A DNA stretch of 64,000 bases from a bacterium (GTDB lineage Bacteria > ARS69), in assembly GCA_046330135.1 (NCBI GenBank), contig JAXLTI010000004.1, forward strand, positions 1,174,394 through 1,238,393, written 5' to 3'. The translations under genes were made by a program, and so were the position numbers. A model generated the notes under the pieces. It was not told the DNA's origin and ran no database searches. It saw only the letters and a program-made list of their open reading frames with translations. The stretch's first letter is position 1. Every line of letters begins with the position of its first letter. Shown here piece by piece: positions 1-8,710 of this stretch.

Positions 1-1
1 C

Positions 2-643
2 GTGGCCGCGATCGACGTGGTGAGCGACGATCAGATCGGATTGGGGCGCTCGTGGGCGTTGATGAAGGAAGCCGGCACGTGTTTCGACCCCGTGATCGGC
101 GACAGCGAAAACCTCCCCTTCTTCCCCGGCACCTTCGATCTCGTGTTCTGCGCGGGCGTGCTTCACCACACGTCGGACCTGCCCCGGGTCTTCGCGAGCG
201 TGCACAAGGTCCTGAAGCCCGGCGGGCGACTTCTCGCCGTGAACGAGCCCTGCATCAGCATCTACGAGAACGCCGGCGAGATGCTGCGCCGGGACTCGGC
301 GGCGGAGCTCGCGCACGGGATCAACGAGAGCCGCCCGAATTACGTGGACTACTGGAGCGCCGCCGCCGGCGCGGGCTTCCGAGACGTCCACATCGCTTCG
401 CTGGACACCTACGAGATGACCGACGCGCAGATCGAAGCGTGGGCGGAGGCCTTGCGCGTGATTCCGCCGCGCAGCGGACCCCTGCGGCAACGGCTGAACG
501 AGGCCTGGGAGCTCTGGAAGAAGCGCCGGCGGAGCGCGGCCTGGCGCCGGCGTCTTCCGCGACCCCGCTCGAAGCGCGAGAGCCGGATCCGCGAGGTCTT
601 CCTCAACGTGGGCACCGACGTGGTCCTCGTGGCTCGGCGATGA
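2..643 (+). CDS. Class I SAM-dependent methyltransferase (5' truncated by window edge)
   Basis: GDSENLPF..GTFDLVFC..VLHH and VLKPGGRLLAVNEP motifs of Methyltransf_11-like enzymes; motif I lies upstream of the window. Confidence 0.85.
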   Translation: MAAIDVVSDDQIGLGRSWALMKEAGTCFDPVIGDSENLPFFPGTFDLVFCAGVLHHTSDLPRVFASVHKVLKPGGRLLAVNEPCISIYENAGEMLRRDSAAELAHGINESRPNYVDYWSAAAGAGFRDVHIASLDTYEMTDAQIEAWAEALRVIPPRSGPLRQRLNEAWELWKKRRRSAAWRRRLPRPRSKRESRIREVFLNVGTDVVLVARR

Positions 644-707
644 CGGCAGCCGCGCGAGCTTCAGAAGACGGCGGGGGAGTGGGAGGACTCGCGCATCGGC
701 GGCGCAC

Positions 708-2300
708 CTAGAACCCTGCTGCCTGCCCATCCTTGCGCGAGTCCGACGCCGCTTCGTACCCGTCGCCGAGCCTGCGCACGAGCTGGGCGCCGCCGAAGAG
801 GCCGAACGTTCCGCCGACCGCGATGTGATGCCCCCGGGTGCGCAGACCTTCCGCGGCGGCGCGGGGGAAGCCGGCTTCGACGACCACCGCGCCGACCTCG
901 TCCACGAACCAGCGCGGCGCGTCGGAGGCGGCTTGCGGATCCTGACCGTGCGCGAAGATGCGCACCATCATCTGCAAGTGACCCTGCGGTTGCATCGCGC
1001 CGCCCATCACGCCGAACGCCATCACCGGGGCGCCCGCGCGCGTGACGAACGCGGGAATGATCGTGTGGAAGGGGCGCTTCCCGCCGGCCACTCGGTTCGG
1101 GTGACCTTCCTGAAGCGTGAAGCCGCGACCGCGGTTCTGGAGGCTGATGCCCGTCCCCGGAACGACCACGCCGGAGCCGAACCCCGCATAGTTCGACTGG
1201 ATGAAGGAGACCATCCGACCCTCGGCGTCGGCGGCCGCGAGGTACACCGTGCCGCGCTCCGTGGGAAGCGTTCGCGAAAGGGGACGCGCGCGCTTCGGAT
1301 CGACGTGACGGGCGAGCTCGTCGAGGAACGCCGGCGCCACGAGCGAGTCGGGCGTCCGCTCCATCGCGTCGGGATCCGCCACGTGGCGACTCGCCGCCGC
1401 GATGCCCAGCTTCATCGCTTCGATCTGGAGATGGAAGCTCTCGGTGGAATCGGGCGCCGTCTCCCGGATGCCGCATCGCTCCAGGACGCCGATCGCCACC
1501 AGCGCGGCGAGACCCTGTCCGTTCGGGGGAAGCTCGTGCAGCTCGACCTCGCCGAAGGGGACCGCGAGGGGCCGGACGTCGAGCGCTGCGTGCGCCGCGA
1601 GATCCTCGCGCGTCATCGCGCCGCCCTCCGCGGCGGCGGCCGCCGCGATGCGCTCGGCGAGAGCGCCGCGATAGAACGACTCGCCGCGCGTCGCGGCGAT
1701 GTCCTCGAGCGACTTCGCGAGCGCCTCGCACCGGAACGTCTCGCCCGGCTGCGGCGCGCGACCGAGCGGCAGGAACGTGCGTACGAACTCCGGGAACGCG
1801 GCATACCGCCGCTCGGCCGTGCGCCACGCGAACGCGGTGATCGGGCTCACCGCGTAGCCATCGCGGGCGTAGCGGATCGCGGGATCGAAGAGCCGCTCGA
1901 AGGGGAGGCGCCCGAAGCGCTCGGAGAGGCGGCGCCACACGTCCACCGCGCCGGGCACGGTGACCGCGTCCCAGCCGAGGTCGGGCATGGATGTCCGACC
2001 GGCGAAGCGCTCCGGCGTCCACGCGCGCGGCGAGCGTCCGGATCCGTTGCTCCCGTGGAGCGCCGTACCGTCCCAGACGATCGCGAAGGCGTCGGAGCCG
2101 AGCCCGTTGCTCGTGGGCTCCACGACCGTCAGCGTGATCGCGGTGCAGAGCGCGGCGTCCACCGCGTTGCCGCCGGCGGCCATCGCGGCGAGCCCCGCGT
2201 GCGCGGCGAGCGGCTGCGACGCGGCCACCACGTTCCGCGCGAACACCGGCATGCGCCGGGACGGGTACGGGAACGCGCCGGTGGGATCCACAGAGGTCAT
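708..2300 (-). CDS. ggt: Gamma-glutamyltransferase family protein (YwrD-like)
   Basis: VVAASQPLAA, GGNAVDAA, NGLGSDAF, nucleophile GTVYL, LQNRG, KRPFHTIIP, GVMGG.MQPQGH, SDSRKDG. Confidence 0.95.
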   Translation of the reverse strand: MTSVDPTGAFPYPSRRMPVFARNVVAASQPLAAHAGLAAMAAGGNAVDAALCTAITLTVVEPTSNGLGSDAFAIVWDGTALHGSNGSGRSPRAWTPERFAGRTSMPDLGWDAVTVPGAVDVWRRLSERFGRLPFERLFDPAIRYARDGYAVSPITAFAWRTAERRYAAFPEFVRTFLPLGRAPQPGETFRCEALAKSLEDIAATRGESFYRGALAERIAAAAAAEGGAMTREDLAAHAALDVRPLAVPFGEVELHELPPNGQGLAALVAIGVLERCGIRETAPDSTESFHLQIEAMKLGIAAASRHVADPDAMERTPDSLVAPAFLDELARHVDPKRARPLSRTLPTERGTVYLAAADAEGRMVSFIQSNYAGFGSGVVVPGTGISLQNRGRGFTLQEGHPNRVAGGKRPFHTIIPAFVTRAGAPVMAFGVMGGAMQPQGHLQMMVRIFAHGQDPQAASDAPRWFVDEVGAVVVEAGFPRAAAEGLRTRGHHIAVGGTFGLFGGAQLVRRLGDGYEAASDSRKDGQAAGF

Positions 2301-2376
2301 GGGGCGGCGAGTGAGGTCGGGTGGCAGTCGACGGATTTCATGTGACGGCGATAGTGCGCGGTCCTCGCCGAAAGAG

Positions 2377-3834
2377 CTACTTGATGTAGCCGAGCGAGCG
2401 CAGCTTCTCGAGATCCCGCTCGGCGATCGGCGACGGCTCGTCCTTCCATTTCCCGGCCTTCGCCCACTCGAGGAGGATGGGCTTCAATTCCTGGAAGTGA
2501 GGCTGGTCCGCTCGCCAGAGGTCGTGCGTCTCGTGCGGGTCCTTGCGGAGATCGTACAGCTCCCACTCGAGCGCGCCGGTCTGGAACGGCGTCCAGATGA
2601 GCTTCCAGTCCCCGAGCACGACGCACCGGAAGGCGCCCTCCACGTCGTTGCGGACTCGCCGCGTCACGACCTCCGGATAGAAGGCGTGGCCGCTCTCGCC
2701 GAAGACGGGCCTCTCCGGCGGCGAATCGCCCTGGAGGAAGGGGACGAGCGAGCGACCCTCGAGACGGGAGGCGAACTCGGGCGACGCCTTCACGCTCAGC
2801 AGCTCCAGCAGAGTGGGCGCCACATCCACGAGGGAAACTCGTCCGGAGAGGTAGCCCTTGCCCGCGAAACGGCTCGAGGGCGGAAGGCTGAACGCCAGCG
2901 GCACGCGAATCTCGCCCTCGTAGCAGTAGTCGCCGTGATCGAAGAAGTAAGCGTGCTCGCCGAGCGACTCGCCGTGATCCGCCGCGAACACCACGAGGAG
3001 GTTCTTGCCGCTGCGCGCGCGGAACGCGGCGAGGAGCCGGCCGATCTCGTCGTCCGCGGAGCGGATGTCGGCCGCGTAGAGGCGGCGAATGTGGGCCACG
3101 ACGTTCTCGGGTAGATGATTGCGATGCGTGGCGTCCACCTTCGGCAGATCGTCGGGGAAGGGCTTCACCGGACCGGCGGGCTCGCCCGGGAGCGGCGTCC
3201 ACCCGAACGCCAGCGGGTAGCGGCTGCGATACCCGGGGTCGAAGCTCTGGATGATCTTCGGATCCGAGCGGTACGGCACGTGCGGGTCGATGTAGTGGAC
3301 CCACGCGAAGAGCGGCTGGTCCTTCGGTATGCGCGCGAGCTGCTCGATCGCCTTGTCGGTGGTGACGCGCGCCGGCCGCGAGTCTTCCGCCGTGTCGTAG
3401 ATGTCGAAGCCGCGGTCGAGGCCGCGATCGGTCGTGAGCACGTTGTTCGTGACGACCGCCAGCGTGCGCCAGCCGGCCGCGCGCAGGACCTGCGGCAAGG
3501 TCACGACCTCCGGGGGCATGTTCTCCCAGAGCGCGCGCACGCGAGTGCTGTGCGGGTAAGCGCCGGTGAGGAGCGAGGCGAGCGCCGGGGTCGTCCGCCC
3601 GATCGGTGACGCCGCGTCCTCGAAATACCAACCGGAGAGGATGAGCGCGTCTAGCACAGGCGAGGTGGGCCGGTCGTAGCCGTTCACGGAGAGATAGTCC
3701 GGCCGCAGCGTGTCGATCGTGAGGAGGAGGACGTCCGGGGCGCGATCGGCCCGCGCGGGGACGGCGATGGTGGCCGCGACAGAACAGCCGAGCGACAAGA
3801 CGGCGACGAAGCGACGGCGCATGGGAGTCCGCAC
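2377..3834 (-). CDS. Secreted sulfatase-like hydrolase/transferase (alkaline phosphatase superfamily)
   Basis: Signal peptide; LTIDTLRPD, TTPALASLLTG, HYIDPH, ADHGE, DHG, ELYDLRKDP.E, C-terminal LRSLGYI. Confidence 0.9.
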   Translation of the reverse strand: MRTPMRRRFVAVLSLGCSVAATIAVPARADRAPDVLLLTIDTLRPDYLSVNGYDRPTSPVLDALILSGWYFEDAASPIGRTTPALASLLTGAYPHSTRVRALWENMPPEVVTLPQVLRAAGWRTLAVVTNNVLTTDRGLDRGFDIYDTAEDSRPARVTTDKAIEQLARIPKDQPLFAWVHYIDPHVPYRSDPKIIQSFDPGYRSRYPLAFGWTPLPGEPAGPVKPFPDDLPKVDATHRNHLPENVVAHIRRLYAADIRSADDEIGRLLAAFRARSGKNLLVVFAADHGESLGEHAYFFDHGDYCYEGEIRVPLAFSLPPSSRFAGKGYLSGRVSLVDVAPTLLELLSVKASPEFASRLEGRSLVPFLQGDSPPERPVFGESGHAFYPEVVTRRVRNDVEGAFRCVVLGDWKLIWTPFQTGALEWELYDLRKDPHETHDLWRADQPHFQELKPILLEWAKAGKWKDEPSPIAERDLEKLRSLGYIK

Positions 3835-4229
3835 TATGTCACCGAAGCGGCTGCGAGGTCCAGCGCTCGTCAGCGCGGCGCGAAAACCGTGCGGATGAGT
3901 GGGACCTTACGCCCACGCGAGGGCAACATCACGACGCATACGCCGAGAGGACCCCCGCACCCTCCGCTGACACGGCACAAACTTGACTCAGCAGGCCACA
4001 AAGGTCTACCGTGCCGGCGTTCCGAGCCACCTGCTAGCACGCGTGCCGCCCGCGGCAGGCGAGACACCGGTCCGCAGGTCGCTCAAGGGGAGGGAGCCGC
4101 CCTCTTGTGCCGGACCCCGCTGAACGGCCCGCCTGCTCGGCTTCCACACGAGCCGCTTCGCGAGACCCCTGCACTCTTTTCCGGAGGTCTCCTCTTCTGG
4201 CGGGACCTCCAGGATCGAGGAGACGCGTC

Positions 4230-6140
4230 GTGAAGAAAGTCATCGTCGCTTGTGTCCTTGCCAGCCTCGTTGCGACATCGAGCGCCGTCGCGCAGCACCA
4301 GTACGGATGGACGATCAGCGCGAGTCAAACGGATCCCCATGCGAACACCGGCGGCATCGCTGCCGGGGGCCTCGGGCACCTCTACCTCTGGTACATGTGC
4401 AGCGTGGGTGGCGGCATGTCCGCTGCGGACTTCGGCCTACAATCCACGGGCGTGATCTTCGCCGGCTTCTCGCCTCTAAGCGGCTTCCTGAATGCGGGAT
4501 CGGGCTCAAACCTACTGCTCGCCGTAGGGGGTTGCCCCACGGGCCCGGTCGTCGCCGGCGACATCACCGTATTCTACTTCGGCGGCGCGGGCAGCATGTG
4601 CATCGTCAACTCCACTAACAACATCCGCGTGACGGTGGACTGCGAGTCGCCCAGTCCCTTGGCGTGGAACCTCCACGCCGTCGGCTGGGACGCGCTGGGC
4701 ACTCCGTCGTGCAGTGAGCCACTCTGCTCATCGCCCTGCAGTCCCGTGCTCACCGTTGGATCCGGGTCCACCTACGTCTACCGCGATTGCCCGGCCCAGG
4801 TGCCGATCACCATCACGGATTCCTGCGATCTAGGCGCCTTTCAATTTGACATGCCGTTCGACGATGCGACCCTCGACTTCACGAGCGCAGCGCTCGGTCC
4901 CTTCTTGGGCAGCACGGGTCGCAACGTGCTGGCGGTGGGCCCCCACGTGCTTCTGGGGCGCGTGAGTTACGGCGCCATCTCGTTCGGAGGCGCTGCCGGG
5001 CCGACGGGTGCCGGCAATCTGGCGACCCTCACGTTCACGAACCGCAACGGTGGCTCAACGCCGATCAGTGAGTCTCTGGACCTTCAGGCGATCGAAGTCC
5101 TCAACACGAGTGGAGTGCCGGTGACGGCGCTGTCTACGCCCGGCACTGTGAATCTGCGGAACTCGATCTACGCAGACTTCGACGCGAACTGCGAGGTCAC
5201 GGTCACCGACCTGATGCAGATCGCTACGCGGTGGGGAGCCGTGTCCGGGGATTCGCGCTACAACGCGCTCTATGATATCGACCTCGTCACCCCTGGAGAC
5301 TTCTGCGCGTCAGCGCCGGACGGCGACATCGACATCGTGGATATCCAGCTCGGAGCTTCGCGCTGGGCGGCGACGTGCGCGAGCGCGCCAGCGTGGCTCG
5401 CCACCTCGTCCATCGTTACGCCGGCGCCGGTCTCATTCGCTCTCGACCCGGACGTGGTGGCCGGTGCCGTCGGTCAGATCGCCACGGTCGGTATCCGGGC
5501 GAGCGGCGCACAGGACCTCGGGGCATTCGAGGCGCAGCTCGCGTTCGATTCCGATGTCGTTGAGGTGGTCGGCATTCGATCCGGAGGATTCCTGGAGCAC
5601 GGCCAGAACACTGCGGTGCCACTGATGGCGCCGCGGGGCGATGGCGTGCAGGCCGTGAGCGCTTTCAGCTTCGGTTCCGCGGAGGGTGCGGACGGCGAAG
5701 GCATCGTTGCCTACGTCGACCTTCGGCTGAAGACGTGTGGGGAGTCAGCGCTGCGGATCAAGGACGCGCGAGGCGTCACAAAGGCCGGAGCCGAGTGCCC
5801 CAGGGGTCAAACGCAGAACGGCGAGATCGTCTGCGCGACCGGGATCGAAGCGACGGCCGGCACCGCGCCTCGGGGTCTGCAGATCGCGCCGAACCCATTT
5901 GCCAGTCGGACAACGGTGTCGTTCGCGCTCGCGGCGCAGGAACACGTTCTCGTCGCCGTGTTCGACATCGGGGGGCGTCGCGTTCGCGAACTGGCCGACA
6001 ACGAGCTTGCGACCGGCGTGCACGCGCTCGCCTGGGACGGTCGCGATGACGCGGGGCGAGTGGTGCCCGCGGGCATCTACTTTGTGAGAGTGACTGGTCC
6101 GGTCACGCGGCACACGGAAAAGGTGGTCGTGTCCCGATAG
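4230..6140 (+). CDS. Secreted multidomain protein: six-Cys domain + cohesin + dockerin-like + cohesin + FlgD-Ig/T9SS-like CTD
   Basis: GAGGAG RBS before GTG 4230; signal peptide; DLGAFQFD..FD and DLGAFEAQLAFD cohesin starts; paired Ca-loops DFDANCEVTVTD and DGDIDIVD; PNPF..VFDIGGRRVR..WDGRDDAG..GIYFVR..KVVVSR end. Confidence 0.85.
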   Translation: MKKVIVACVLASLVATSSAVAQHQYGWTISASQTDPHANTGGIAAGGLGHLYLWYMCSVGGGMSAADFGLQSTGVIFAGFSPLSGFLNAGSGSNLLLAVGGCPTGPVVAGDITVFYFGGAGSMCIVNSTNNIRVTVDCESPSPLAWNLHAVGWDALGTPSCSEPLCSSPCSPVLTVGSGSTYVYRDCPAQVPITITDSCDLGAFQFDMPFDDATLDFTSAALGPFLGSTGRNVLAVGPHVLLGRVSYGAISFGGAAGPTGAGNLATLTFTNRNGGSTPISESLDLQAIEVLNTSGVPVTALSTPGTVNLRNSIYADFDANCEVTVTDLMQIATRWGAVSGDSRYNALYDIDLVTPGDFCASAPDGDIDIVDIQLGASRWAATCASAPAWLATSSIVTPAPVSFALDPDVVAGAVGQIATVGIRASGAQDLGAFEAQLAFDSDVVEVVGIRSGGFLEHGQNTAVPLMAPRGDGVQAVSAFSFGSAEGADGEGIVAYVDLRLKTCGESALRIKDARGVTKAGAECPRGQTQNGEIVCATGIEATAGTAPRGLQIAPNPFASRTTVSFALAAQEHVLVAVFDIGGRRVRELADNELATGVHALAWDGRDDAGRVVPAGIYFVRVTGPVTRHTEKVVVSR

Positions 6141-6149
6141 GAGGTTGGG

Positions 6150-6177
6150 GATGGGGCAAGCCGGTGCCTGCCCCATC
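6150..6177. other. Intergenic hairpin between the two cohesin genes
   Basis: GATGGGGCA...TGCCCCATC inverted repeat, no U-tract. Confidence 0.4.
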
Positions 6178-6248
6178 TCGACCGGCCGAGTCGTTGCGCA
6201 CGACCCCGCAACTCAGAGCAGGTGGAGTCGGAAACCCGGAGCGGCAAC

Positions 6249-7739
6249 GTGCGACGCGGATCAACTCTCTTCGGCTTCGGCCTACTCGGCTTCGTCGTCG
6301 TGGCCGCCGGCTCGCTATCGGTCTCCCTTGCCCAGACCCCTTGTACTCCCAAGGTGGTCGTACGCTTGCCCGCGTTCGTCGACTACGGCTGTCCCGTGTC
6401 AGCACCCGTGAGGGTCTCGTCCATATGCGACCTGGGAGGCTTTCAGTTCGACGTGGTGTTCGACGAAACGCTTCTCGAGTTCGACCGGGTCGAGCTCGGC
6501 CCCTTCCTGGGAAGTACCGGGCGCAGCGTGATGCAGCTCGGGCCTGTCGTTCAGGTCGGGAGAGTGCGTTACGGGGCGCTGTCGTTCGGAACCCAGGCCG
6601 GATCGACCGGATCCGGCGACCTTGCGACCTTGACCTTCATCAATCGGAATCCAGGGCCCACGCGTCGCGCCTCGACGGTCACGCTCGAAGCGCTTGAGCT
6701 GGTGGATACGGAAGGCCGAGCGATGGAGACCGAGAGCGCACCTGGAAGCGTGAGCCTTCTTCATCACATCTTCGGGGACTACGACGAGGACTGCGAGGTC
6801 ACGGTCGGCGATGCCATGCAGCTGGCCACCCGGTGGGGGGCACGTAGCGGAGACGAGCGCTATGATCCCACCTGTGACGTGGACCTTGCCTCTCCGGGAG
6901 AGTACTGCGCGTCCGTCCCGGACGGCGACATCGACATCGTGGACGTCCAACTGGTCGCGTCGCGGTGGTCAGCCACCTGCGCGACCAGCACATCGGTGAC
7001 GTCGAGTGCCGTGATCACCGCGCCGGTGTCGTTCTCCTTCGATCCTCCCTCCGTGGCGGGGAGCGAGGGAGGCCTCACCTCGGTGGCGATCGTCGCATCA
7101 GGTGCGGAGGATCTCGGTGCGTTCGAAGGTCGCTTGGTGTTCGACCCCGAGGTCGTGGAGATCACAGCGGTCCGTGGAGGTGAATTTCTGACTCAAGGAG
7201 GCAACGGCACGGTCTCCTTGAGCGATGCGCCGACGCAAGGTGCGGAGGCCGTCGGGGCCTTTAGCTACGGGCCGTCTGGAGGCGCCTCGGGTGCCGGCAC
7301 GGTTGCGTACGTGGACCTACGACTCAGAACCTGTGGCCGCTCGGAGTTGGTACTCGAGGATGTCCGCGTGGTGTCGAAAGACGGAAGAGAAGAGACGCTC
7401 GGCGCAACGTCGACCGGCGAGGTGGCGTGCGCCGCATCCGGAGTCGGACCGGGGGCAGCGGCTGCGCGCCACGGAATCTGGGCCACGCCAAGCCCATTCC
7501 GCGAGGGGACGACGATCTTCCTTGAGGTTCCGGCCGCGTCGAAGCTCCGCGTGGACGTCTTCGATGTATCAGGACGTCGCGTGCGTGGCCTCGTCGACTC
7601 GGAATTGCAGGCGGGAGTGCACCGTTGGCAGTGGAATGGCTGCGACGATGCGGGACGGCCTGTTCCGACCGGGATCTACTTCGTCAGAGGTCTCGACCCG
7701 ACCGCGTGCCGTACGCTTAAGGTCATCCGCACTCGGTGA
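6249..7739 (+). CDS. Secreted cohesin + dockerin-like + cohesin + FlgD-Ig CTD protein, tandem paralog of 4230..6140 lacking the six-Cys domain
   Basis: Colinear similarity (CDLGGFQFD, LGPFLGSTGR, DCEVTV.D.MQ.ATRWG, PDGDIDIVD.QL.ASRW, WNGCDDAG..GIYFVR); start GTG 6249 or 6222. Confidence 0.85.
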   Translation: MRRGSTLFGFGLLGFVVVAAGSLSVSLAQTPCTPKVVVRLPAFVDYGCPVSAPVRVSSICDLGGFQFDVVFDETLLEFDRVELGPFLGSTGRSVMQLGPVVQVGRVRYGALSFGTQAGSTGSGDLATLTFINRNPGPTRRASTVTLEALELVDTEGRAMETESAPGSVSLLHHIFGDYDEDCEVTVGDAMQLATRWGARSGDERYDPTCDVDLASPGEYCASVPDGDIDIVDVQLVASRWSATCATSTSVTSSAVITAPVSFSFDPPSVAGSEGGLTSVAIVASGAEDLGAFEGRLVFDPEVVEITAVRGGEFLTQGGNGTVSLSDAPTQGAEAVGAFSYGPSGGASGAGTVAYVDLRLRTCGRSELVLEDVRVVSKDGREETLGATSTGEVACAASGVGPGAAAARHGIWATPSPFREGTTIFLEVPAASKLRVDVFDVSGRRVRGLVDSELQAGVHRWQWNGCDDAGRPVPTGIYFVRGLDPTACRTLKVIRTR

Positions 7740-7834
7740 GTTGAACTGGGGACAGGTTGCGAGCGCTCACGCACCTGCACTGGGGTTGCGTCGGGGGAGA
7801 AGGGCGACCACCGCGAAGGCGGTCCGCGCCATCT

Positions 7835-8647
7835 CTAGCCCCCCGAAGCCTCCAGGAAGTCCAGCACGACGTCGTTGAACCGCGCCGGGTCTTCCATGTT
7901 CGGGAGGTGCCCCACTCCCGGCATCACCAGGCGGCGGGCGCCGGGGACGTCGCGCTCGATGGTCTCGGCCACCCGCTGGAAGTCGGCGGCGTCTCGCTCG
8001 CCCACCACTGCGAGGGTGGGCACCTGGATCTCGGAAAGCCGCAGGATCGCCGGCGGTACGATGGGCTGTCCCCGATCGCGGTTCAGCCAGTGCCACCCCG
8101 AGTAGCCTTCGATCATGGCGCGCAGGCGCGGCGCCAGCTCCTTCCGCGCGAGCGCATTCGCCAGGAGCGGTGACGCGAGCCACTCGCGCCTCGCGGCATC
8201 GAGTCCCTCCTTCTTCGCGGTCTTCGACACGGCCCCGAGGGAATCCGTGAAGTCCTTCGACCACGCGAATCCCGCGAGGAAGGTGTCCACGAGCACGAGG
8301 GCCCGTGCGCGCCCCGGGTTCGAGGTGGCGAAGCCGATCACCGCGCCGCCGCCCATCGACAGCCCCACGAGCGCCGGCGAATCGATCTGCAGATGATCGA
8401 GCAGCGCCGCGAGGTCGTCCGCGTGGCGATACGGAACGTCGGCGGCGGGGGAGCGGCCGAAGCCGCGCAGGTCGTAGCGAACGACCGTGTAGCGCGGCGC
8501 AAAGGCGTCGACCTGGTCGTCCCACATCCTCCGGTCGAGCGAGAAGCCGTGGAGGAACACGACCGGCGGACCCTCGCCGGCCATCTCCCACGCGAGCGTG
8601 GTTCCGGCGACGGGCACGAAGCCGGTGCGAGGTTCGCGCGTCATCAC
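7835..8647 (-). CDS. Alpha/beta fold hydrolase
   Basis: VFLHG, YDLRGFGRS, GLSMGG nucleophile elbow, VGERD, GVGH. Confidence 0.95.
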   Translation of the reverse strand: MMTREPRTGFVPVAGTTLAWEMAGEGPPVVFLHGFSLDRRMWDDQVDAFAPRYTVVRYDLRGFGRSPAADVPYRHADDLAALLDHLQIDSPALVGLSMGGGAVIGFATSNPGRARALVLVDTFLAGFAWSKDFTDSLGAVSKTAKKEGLDAARREWLASPLLANALARKELAPRLRAMIEGYSGWHWLNRDRGQPIVPPAILRLSEIQVPTLAVVGERDAADFQRVAETIERDVPGARRLVMPGVGHLPNMEDPARFNDVVLDFLEASGG

Positions 8648-8710
8648 GCGTTCCCCTCACCGACAGTCGGATCGTGTCGCTCGCCGCTCATTTCGCGGTC
8701 CTCTCGCCCC

